A stretch of 64,000 bases of DNA from Auanema rhodensis (Eukaryota > Animalia > Nematoda). Both the position numbers and the translations under genes were made by a program. Every line of letters starts with the position of its first letter. Positions within the stretch are counted from its first letter, which is position 1. A model generated the notes under the pieces. The model ran no database searches, had not been told where the DNA came from, and saw only the letters and a program-made list of their open reading frames with translations. The stretch is from NCBI GenBank assembly GCA_964057225.1, contig OZ059897.1, positions 22,568,001 through 22,632,000 of the forward strand, written 5' to 3'. This document shows, piece by piece, positions 1 through 11,267 of the stretch.

Positions 1-176
1 GTTACATACCAAGTGCACATCACGTGTACATTTAATTAGCATAAATTAAAGTTCACGTAAATTTCAAAGTCATGGTTACCATGCACCAATGTCAATAAAA
101 ATTTGTTTTTAGACTAATATGGACATGGGGAATCTAATTTTGCAAACCGCATCTCTTCATCTTTCACGTGAAGCGA
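1..176 (+). repeat. Representative monomer (phase arbitrary). Consensus: GTTACATACCAAGTGCACATCACGTGTACATTTAATTAGCATAAATTAAAGTTCACGTAAATTTCAAAGTCATGGTTACCATG[C/A]ACCAATATCAATAAAAATTTGTTTTTAGACTAATATGGACATGGGGAATCTAATTTTGAAAACCGCATCTCTTTATCTTTCACGTGAAGCGA
   Basis: Read directly. About 57/176 G+C and 5 CpG per monomer. This first copy carries the variants A91G, A143C and T158C. Confidence 0.98.
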
Positions 177-3168
177 GTTACATACCAAGTGCACATCACG
201 TGTACATTTAATTAGCATAAATTAAAGTTCACGTAAATTTCAAAGTCATGGTTACCATGCACCAATATCAATACAAATTTGTTTTTAGACTAATATGGAC
301 ATGGGGAATCTAATTTTGAAAACCGCATCTCTTTATCTTTCACGTGAAGCGAGTTACATACCAAGTGCACATCACGTGTACATTTAATTAGCATAAATTA
401 AAGTTCACGTAAATTTCAAAGTCATGGTTACCATGCACCAATGTCAATAAAAATTTGTTTTTAGACTAATATGGACATGGGGAATCTAATTTTGCAAACC
501 GCATCTCTTCATCTTTCACGTGAAGCGAGTTACATACCAAGTGCACATCACGTGTACATTTAATTAGCATAAATTAAAGTTCACGTAAATTTCAAAGTCA
601 TGGTTACCATGCACCAATATCAATACAAATTTGTTTTTAGACTAATATGGACATGGGGAATCTAATTTTGAAAACCGCATCTCTTTATCTTTCACGTGAA
701 GCGAGTTACATACCAAGTGCACATCACGTGTACATTTAATTAGCATAAATTAAAGTTCACGTAAATTTCAAAGTCATGGTTACCATGCACCAATGTCAAT
801 AAAAATTTGTTTTTAGACTAATATGGACATGGGGAATCTAATTTTGAAAACCGCATCTCTTTATCTTTCACGTGAAGCGAGTTACATACCAAGTGCACAT
901 CACGTGTACATTTAATTAGCATAAATTAAAGTTCACGTAAATTTCAAAGTCATGGTTACCATGAACCAATATCAATAAAAATTTGTTTTTAGACTAATAT
1001 GGACATGGGGAATCTAATTTTGAAAACCGCATATCTTTATCTTTCACGTGAAGCGAGTTACATACCAAGTGCACATCACGTGTACATTTAATTAGCATAA
1101 ATTAAAGTTCACGTAAATTTCAAAGTCATGGTTACCATGCACCAATGTCAATAAAAATTTGTTTTTAGACTAATATGGACATGGGGAATCTAATTTTGAA
1201 AACCGCATCTCTTCATCTTTCACGTGAAGCGAGTTACATACCAAGTGCACATCACGTGTACATTTAATTAGCATAAATTAAAGTTCACGTAAATTTCAAA
1301 GTCATGGTTACCATGCACCAATATCAATACAAATTTGTTTTTAGACTAATATGGACATGGGGAATCTAATTTTGAAAACCGCATCTCTTTATCTTTCACG
1401 TGAAGCGAGTTACATACCAAGTGCACATCACGTGTACATTTAATTAGCATAAATTAAAGTTCACGTAAATTTCAAAGTCATGGTTACCATGCACCAATAT
1501 CAATAAAAATTTGTTTTTAGACTAATATGGACATGGGGAATCTAATTTTGAAAACCGCATCTCTTTATCTTTCACGTGAAGCGAGTTACATACCAAGTGC
1601 ACATCACGTGTACATTTAATTAGCATAAATTAAAGTTCACGTAAATTTCAAAGTCATGGTTACCATGCACCAATGTCAATAAAAATTTGTTTTTAGACTA
1701 ATATGGACATGGGGAATCTAATTTTGAAAACCGCATCTCTTCATCTTTCACGTGAAGCGAGTTACATACCAAGTGCACATCACGTGTACATTTAATTAGC
1801 ATAAATTAAAGTTCACGTAAATTTCAAAGTCATGGTTACCATGCACCAATATCAATACAAATTTGTTTTTACACTAATATGGACATGGGGAATCTAATTT
1901 TGAAAACCGCATCTCTTTATCTTTCACGTGAAGCGAGTTACATACCAAGTGCACATCACGTGTACATTTAATTAGCATAAATTAAAGTTCACGTAAATTT
2001 CAAAGTCATGGTTACCATGCACCAATGTCAATAAAAATTTGTTTTTAGACTAATATGGACATGGGGAATCTAATTTTGCAAACCGCATCTCTTCATCTTT
2101 CACGTGAAGCGAGTTACATACCAAGTGCACATCACGTGTACATTTAATTAGCATAAATTAAAGTTCACGTAAATTTCAAAGTCATGGTTACCATGCACCG
2201 ATATCAATACAAATTTGTTTTTAGACTAATATGGACATGGGGAATCTAATTTTGAAAACCGCATCTCTTTATCTTTCACGTGAAGCGAGTTACATACCAA
2301 GTGCACATCACGTGTACATTTAATTAGCATAAATTAAAGTTCACGTAAATTTCAAAGTCATGGTTACCATGAACCAATATCAATAAAAATTTGTTTTTAG
2401 ACTAATATGGACATGGGGAATCTAATTTTGAAAACCGCATCTCTTTATCTTTCACGTGAAGCGAGTTACATACCAAGTGCACATCACGTGTACATTTAAT
2501 TAGCATAAATTAAAGTTCACGTAAATTTCAAAGTCATGGTTACCATGCACCAATGTCAATAAAAATTTGTTTTTAGACTAATATGGACATGGGGAATCTA
2601 ATTTTGCAAACCGCATCTCTTCATCTTTCACGTGAAGCGAGTTACATACCAAGTGCACATCACGTGTACATTTAATTAGCATAAATTAAAGTTCACGTAA
2701 ATTTCAAAGTCATGGTTACCATGCACCAATATCAATACAAATTTGTTTTTAGACTAATATGGACATGGGGAATCTAATTTTGAAAACCGCATCTCTTTAT
2801 CTTTCACGTGAAGCGAGTTACATACCAAGTGCACATCACGTGTACATTTAATTAGCATAAATTAAAGTTCACGTAAATTTCAAAGTCATGGTTACCATGC
2901 ACCAATATCAATAAAAATTTGTTTTTAGACTAATATGGACATGGGGAATCTAATTTTGAAAACCGCATCTCTTTATCTTTCACGTGAAGCGAGTTACATA
3001 CCAAGTGCACATCACGTGTACATTTAATTAGCATAAATTAAAGTTCACGTAAATTTCAAAGTCATGGTTACCATGCACCAATGTCAATAAAAATTTGTTT
3101 TTAGACTAATATGGACATGGGGAATCTAATTTTGAAAACCGCATCTCTTCATCTTTCACGTGAAGCGA

Positions 3169-6100
3169 GTTACATACCAAGTGCACATCACGTGTACATT
3201 TAATTAGCATAAATTAAAGTTCACGTAAATTTCAAAGTCATGGTTACCATGCACCAATATCAATACAAATTTGTTTTTAGACTAATATGGACATGGGGAA
3301 TCTAATTTTGAAAACCGCATCTCTTTATCTTTCACGTGAAGCGAGTTACATACCAAGTGCACATCACGTGTACATTTAATTAGCATAAATTAAAGTTCAC
3401 GTAAATTTCAAAGTCATGGTTACCATGCACCAATGTCAATAAAAATTTGTTTTTAGACTAATATGGACATGGGGAATCTAATTTTGCAAACCGCATCTCT
3501 TCATCTTTCACGTGAAGCGAGTTACATACCAAGTGCACATCACGTGTACATTTAATTAGCATAAATTAAAGTTCACGTAAATTTCAAAGTCATGGTTACC
3601 ATGCACCAATATCAATACAAATTTGTTTTTAGACTAATATGGACATGGGGAATCTAATTTTGAAAACCGCATCTCTTTATCTTTCACGTGAAGCGAGTTA
3701 CATACCAAGTGCACATCACGTGTACATTTAATTAGCATAAATTAAAGTTCACGTAAATTTCAAAGTCATGGTTACCATGCACCAATGTCAATAAAAATTT
3801 GTTTTTAGACTAATATGGACATGGGGAATCTAATTTTGAAAACCGCATCTCTTTATCTTTCACGTGAAGCGAGTTACATACCAAGTGCACATCACGTGTA
3901 CATTTAATTAGCATAAATTAAAGTTCACGTAAATTTCAAAGTCATGGTTACCATGAACCAATATCAATAAAAATTTGTTTTTAGACTAATATGGACATGG
4001 GGAATCTAATTTTGAAAACCGCATCTCTTTATCTTTCACGTGAAGCGAGTTACATACCAAGTGCACATCACGTGTACATTTAATTAGCATAAATTAAAGT
4101 TCACGTAAATTTCAAAGTCATGGTTACCATGCACCAATATCAATAAAAATTTGTTTTTAGACTAATATGGACATGGGGAATCTAATTTTGAAAACCGCAT
4201 CTCTTTATCTTTCACGTGAAGCGAGTTACATACCAAGTGCACATCACGTGTACATTTAATTAGCTTAAATTAAAGTTCACGTAAATTTCAAAGTCATGGT
4301 TACCATGCACCAATGTCAATAAAAATTTGTTTTTAGACTAATATGGACATGGGGAATCTAATTTTGAAAACCGCATCTCTTCATCTTTCACGTGAAGCGA
4401 GTTACATACCAAGTGCACATCACGTGTACATTTAATTAGCATAAATTAAAGTTCACGTAAATTTCAAAGTCATGGTTACCATGCACCAATATCAATAAAA
4501 ATCTGTTTTTAAACTAATATGGACATGGGGAATCTAATTTTGAAAACCGCATCTCTTTATCTTTCACGTGAAGCGAGTTACATACCAAGTGCACATCACG
4601 TGTACATTTAATTAGCATAAATTAAAGTTCACGTAAATTTCAAAGTCATGGTTACCATGAACCAATATCAATAAAAATTTGTTTTTAGACTAATATGGAC
4701 ATGGGGAATCTAATTTTGAAAACCGCATCTCTTTATCTTTCACGTGAAGCGAGTTACATACCAAGTGCACATCACGTGTACATTTAATTAGCATAAATTA
4801 AAGTTCATGTAAATTTCAAAGTCATGGTTACCATGCACCAATATCAATAAAAATTTGTTTTTAGACTAATATGGACATGGGGAATCTAATTTTGAAAACC
4901 GCATCTCTTTATCTTTCACGTGAAGCGAGTTACATACCAAGTGCACATCACGTGTACATTTAATTAGCATAAATTAAAGTTCACGTAACTTTCAAAGTCA
5001 TGGTTACCATGAACCAATATCAATAAAAATTTGTTTTTAGACTAATATGGACATGGGGAATCTAATTTTGAAAACCGCATCTCTTTATCTTTCACGTGAA
5101 GCGAGTTACATACCAAGTGCACATCACGTGTACATTTAATTAGCATAAATTAAAGTTCACGTAAATTTCAAAGTCATGGTTACCATGCACCAATATCAAT
5201 AAAAATTTGTTTTTAGACTAATATGGACATGGGGAATCTAATTTTGAAAACCGCATCTCTTTATCTTTCACGTGAAGCGAGTTACATACCAAGTGCACAT
5301 CACGTGTACATTTAATTAGCATAAATTAAAGTTCACGTAAATTTCAAAGTCATGGTTACCATGCACCAATATCAATAAAAATTTGTTTTTAGACTAATAT
5401 GGACATGGGGAATCTAATTTTGAAAACCGCATCTTTTTATCTTTCACGTGAAGCGAGTTACATACCAAGTGCACATCACGTGTACATTTAATTAGCATAA
5501 ATTAAAGTTCACGTAAATTTCAAAGTCATGGTTACCATGAACCAATATCAATAAAAATTTGTTTTTAGACTAATATGGACATGGGGAATCTAATTTTGAA
5601 AACCGCATCTCTTTATCTTTCACGTGAAGCGAGTTACATACCAAGTGCACATCACGTGTACATTTAATTAGCATAAATTAAAGTTCACGTAAATTTCAAA
5701 GTCATGGTTACCATGAACCAATATCAATAAAAATTTGTTTTTAGACTAATATGGACATGGGGAATCTAATTTTGAAAACCGCATCTCTTTATCTTTCACG
5801 TGAAGCGAGTTACATACCAAGTGCACATCACGTGTACGTTTAATTAGCATAAATTAAAGTTCACGTAAATTTCAAAGTCATGGTTACCATGCACCAATAT
5901 CAATAAAAATTTGTTTTTAGACTAATATGGACATGGGGAATCTAATTTTGAAAACCGCATCTCTTTATCTTTCACGTGAAGCGAGTTACATACCAAGTGC
6001 ACATCACGTGTACATTTAATTAGCATAAATTAAAGTTCACGTAAATTTCAAAGTCATGGTTACCATGCACCAATATCAATACAAATTTGTTTTTAGACTA

Positions 6101-7568
6101 ATATGGACATGGGGAATCTAATTTTGAAAACCGCATCTCTTTATCTTTCACGTGAAGCGAGTTACATACCAAGTGCACATCACGTGTACATTTAATTAGC
6201 ATAAATTAAAGTTCACGTAAATTTCAAAGTCATGGTTACCATGCACCAATGTCAATAAAAATTTGTTTTTAGACTAATATGGACATGCGGAATCTAATTT
6301 TGCAAACCGCATCTCTTCATCTTTCACGTGAAGCGAGTTACATACCAAGTGCACATCACGTGTACATTTAATTAGCATAAATTAAAGTTCACGTAAATTT
6401 CAAAGTCATGGTTACCATGCACCAATATCAATACAAATTTGTTTTTAGACTAATATGGACATGGGGAATCTAATTTTGAAAACCGCATCTCTTTATCTTT
6501 CACGTGAAGCGAGTTACATACCAAGTGCACATCACGTGTACATTTAATTAGCATAAATTAAAGTTCACGTAAATTTCAAAGTCATGGTTACCATGCACCA
6601 ATGTCAATAAAAATTTGTTTTTAGACTAATATGGACATGGGGAATCTAATTTTGAAAACCGCATCTCTTTATCTTTCACGTGAAGCGAGTTACATACCAA
6701 GTGCACATCACGTGTACATTTAATTAGCATAAATTAAAGTTCACGTAAATTTCAAAGTCATGGTTACCATGAACCAATATCAATAAAAATTTGTTTTTAG
6801 ACTAATATGGACATGGGGAATCTAATTTTGAAAACCGCATCTCTTTATCTTTCACGTGAAGCGAGTTACATACCAAGTGCACATCACGTGTACATTTAAT
6901 TAGCATAAATTAAAGTTCACGTAAATTTCAAAGTCATGGTTACCATGCACCAATATCAATAAAAATTTGTTTTTAGACTAATATGGACATGGGGAATCTA
7001 ATTTTGAAAACCGCATCTCTTTATCTTTCACGTGAAGCGAGTTACATACCAAGTGCACATCACGTGTACATTTAATTAGCTTAAATTAAAGTTCACGTAA
7101 ATTTCAAAGTCATGGTTACCATGCACCAATGTCAATAAAAATTTGTTTTTAGACTAATATGGACATGGGGAATCTAATTTTGAAAACCGCATCTCTTCAT
7201 CTTTCACGTGAAGCGAGTTACATACCAAGTGCACATCACGTGTACATTTAATTAGCATAAATTAAAGTTCACGTAAATTTCAAAGTCATGGTTACCATGC
7301 ACCAATATCAATAAAAATCTGTTTTTAAACTAATATGGACATGGGGAATCTAATTTTGAAAACCGCATCTCTTTATCTTTCACGTGAAGCGAGTTACATA
7401 CCAAGTGCACATCACGTGTACATTTAATTAGCATAAATTAAAGTTCACGTAAATTTCAAAGTCATGGTTACCATGAACCAATATCAATAAAAATTTGTTT
7501 TTAGACTAATATGGACATGGGGAATCTAATTTTGAAAACCGCATCTCTTTATCTTTCACGTGAAGCGA
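3169..7568. repeat. Duplicated ~9-monomer block (3169-4752 and 5985-7568), offset 16 monomers
   Basis: AGCTTAAA at 4265/7081 and ATCTGTTTTTAAAC at 4503/7319, both offset by 2816 bp. Confidence 0.85.
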
Positions 7569-10500
7569 GTTACATACCAAGTGCACATCACGTGTACATT
7601 TAATTAGCATAAATTAAAGTTCACGTAACTTTCAAAGTCATGATTACCATGCACCAATATCAATAAAAATTTGTTTTTAGACTAATATGGACATGGGGAA
7701 TCTAATTTTGAAAACCGCATCTCTTTATCTTTCACGTGAAGCGAGTTACATACCAAGTGCACATCACGTGTACATTTAATTAGCATAAATTAAAGTTCAT
7801 GTAAATTTCAAAGTCATGGTTACCATGCACCAATATCAATAAAAATTTGTTTTTAGACTAATATGGACATGGGGAATCTAATTTTGAAAACCGCATCTCT
7901 TTATCTTTCACGTGAAGCTAGTTACATACCAAGTGCACATCACGTGTACATTTAATTAGCATAAATTAAAGTTCACGTAAATTTCAAAGTCATGGTTACC
8001 ATGAACCAATATCAATAAAAATTTGTTTTTAGACTAATATGGACATGGGGAATCTAATTTTGAAAACCGCATCTCTTTATCTTTCACGTGAAGCGAGTTA
8101 CATACCAAGTGCACATCACGTGTACATTTAATTAGCATAAATTAAAGTTCACGTAAATTTCAAAGTCATGGTTACCATGCACCAATATCAATAAAAATTT
8201 GTTTTTAAACTAATATGGACATGGGGAATCTAATTTTGAAAACCGCATCTCTTTATCTTTCACGTGAAGCGAGTTACATACCAAGTGCACATCACGTGTA
8301 CATTTAATTAGCATAAATTAAAGTTCACGTAAATTTCAAAGTCATGGTTACCATGCACCAATATCAATAAAAATTTGTTTTAAGACTAATATGGACATGG
8401 GGAATCTAATTTTGAAAACCGCATCTCTTTATCTTTCACGTGAAGCGAGTTACATACCAAGTGCACATCACGTGTACATTTAATTAGCATAAATTAAAGT
8501 TCACGTAAATTTCAAAGTCATGGTTACCATGAACCAATATCAATAAAAATTTGTTTTTAGACTAATATGGACATGGGGAATCTAATTTTGAAAACCGCAT
8601 CTCTTTATCTTTCACGTGAAGCAAGTTACATACCAAGTGCACATCACGTGTACATTTAATTAGCATAAATTAAAGTTCACGTAAATTTCAAAGTCATGGT
8701 TACCATGAACCAATATCAATAAAAATTTGTTTTTAGACTAATATGGACATGGGGAATCTAATTTTGAAAACCGCATCTCTTTATCTTTCACGTGAAGCGA
8801 GTTACATACCAAGTGCACATCACGTGTACATTTAATTAGCATAAATTAAAGTTCACGTAAATTTCAAAGTCATGGTTACCATGCACCAATATCAATAAAA
8901 ATTTGTTTTTAGACTAATATGGACATGGGGAATCTAATTTTGAAAACCGCATCTTTTTATCTTTCACGTGAAGCGAGTTACATACCAAGTGCACATCACG
9001 TGTACATTTAATTAGCATAAATTAAAGTTCACGTAAATTTCAAAGTCATGGTTACCATGCACCAATATCAATAAAAATTTGTTTTTAGACTAATATGGAC
9101 ATGGGGAATCTAATTTTGAAAACCGCATCTCTTTATCTTTCACGTGAAGCGAGTTACATACCAAGTGCACATCACGTGTACATTTAATTAGCATAAATTA
9201 AAGTTCACGTAAATTTCAAAGTCATGGTTACCATAAACCAATATCAATAAAAATTTGTTCTTAGACTAATATGGACATGGGGAATCTAATTTTGAAAACC
9301 GCATCTCTTTATCTTTCACGTGAAGCGAGTTACATACCAAGTGCACATCACGTGTACATTTAATTAGCATAAATTAAAGTTCACGTAAATTTCAAATTCA
9401 TGGTTACCATGAACCAATATCAATAAAAATTTGTTTTTAGACTAATATGGACATGGGGAATCTAATTTTGAAAACCGCATCTCTTTATCTTTCACGTGAA
9501 GCGAGTTACATACCAAGTGCACATCACGTGTACATTTAATTAGCATAAATTAAAGTTCACGTAAATTTCAAAGTCATGGTTACCATGAACCAATATCAAT
9601 AAAAATTTGTTTTTAGACTAATATGGACATGGGGAATCTAATTTTGAAAACCGCATCTCTTTATCTTTCACGTGAAGCGAGTTACATACCAAGTGCACAT
9701 CACGTGTACATTTAATTAGCATAAATTAAAGTTCACGTAAATTTCAAAGTCATGGTTACCATGCACCAATATCAATAAAAATTTGTTTTTAAACTAATAT
9801 GGACATGGGGAATCTAATTTTGAAAACCGCATCTCTTTATCTTTCACGTGAAGCGAGTTACATACCAAGTGCACATCACGTGTACATTTAATTAGCATAA
9901 ATTAAAGTTCACGTAAATTTCAAAGTCATGGTTACCATGAAGCAATATCAATAAAAATTTGTTTTTAGACTAATATGGACATGGGGAATCTAATTTTGAA
10001 AACCGCATCTCTTTATCTTTCATGTGAAGCGAGTTACATACCAAGTGCACATCACGTGTACATTTAATTAGCATAAATTAAAGTTCACGTAAATTTCAAA
10101 GTCATGGTTACCATGAACCAATATCAATAAAAATTTGTTTTTAGACTAATATGGACATGGGGAATCTAATTTTGAAAACCGCATCTCTTTATCTTTCACG
10201 TGAAGCGAGTTACATACCAAGTGCACATCACGTGTACATTTAATTAGCATAAATTAAAGTTCACGTAAATTTCAAAGTCATGGTTACCATGCACCAATGT
10301 CAATAAAAATTTGTTTTTAGACTAATATGGACATGGGAAATCTAATTTTGCAAACCGCATCTCTTCATCTTTCACGTGAAGCGAGTTACATACCAAGTGC
10401 ACATCACGTGTACATTTAATTAGCATAAATTAAAGTTCACGTAAATTTCAAAGTCATGGTTACCATGCACCAATATCAATAAAAATTTGTTTTTAGACTA

Positions 10501-11088
10501 ATATGGACATGGGGAATCTAATTTTGAAAACCGCATCTCTTTATCTTTCACGTGAAGCGAGTTACATACCAAGTGCACATCACGTGTACATTTAATTAGC
10601 ATAAATTAAAGTTCACGTAAATTTCAAAGTCATGGTTACCATGAACCAATATCAATAAAAATTTGTTTTTAGACTAATATGGACATGGGGAATCTAATTT
10701 TGAAAACCGCATCTCTTTATCTTTCACGTGAAGCGAGTTACATACCAAGTGCACATCACGTGTACATTTAATTAGCATAAATTAAAGTTCACGTAACTTT
10801 CAAAGTCATGGTTACCATGCACCAATATCAATAAAAATTTGTTTTTAGACTAATATGGACATGGGGAATCTAATTTTGAAAACCGCATCTCTTTATCTTT
10901 CACGTGAAGCGAGGTACATACTAAGTGCACATCACGTGTACATTTAATTAGCATAAATTAAAGTTCACGTAAATTTCAAAGTCATGGTTACCATGAACCA
11001 ATATCAATAAAAATTTGTTTTTAGACTAATATGGACATGGGGAATCTAATTTTGAAAACCGCATCTCTTTATCTTTCACGTGAAGTGA

Positions 11089-11267
11089 GTTACATACCAA
11101 GTGCACATCACGTGTACATTTAATTAGCATAAATTAAAGTTCACGTAAATTTCAAAGTCATGGTTACCATGCACCAATATCAATAAAAATTTGTTTTTAA
11201 ACTAATATGGACAAAATGGGGAATCTAATTTTGAAAACCGCATCTCTTTATCTTTCACGTGAAGCGA
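11089..11267 (+). repeat. 179-bp variant monomer (AAA insertion, GGACATGGGG > GGACAAAATGGGG)
   Basis: Seen at 11209-11221. The next monomer starts at 11268 rather than 11265. Confidence 0.95.

Noticed and set aside
93-111. AATAAA polyadenylation signal or terminator-like T-run in each monomer
   Set aside because: Such motifs are expected by chance in 68% AT sequence, and there is no transcript evidence.
1-176. Assignment to a named satellite (alpha satellite, Arabidopsis CEN178, Brassica CentBr) or presence of a CENP-B box
   Set aside because: Only the length is similar. The sequence does not resemble those consensuses as I recall them, and no TTCG-n4-A-n2-CGGG is present. A BLASTN/Dfam search is needed.
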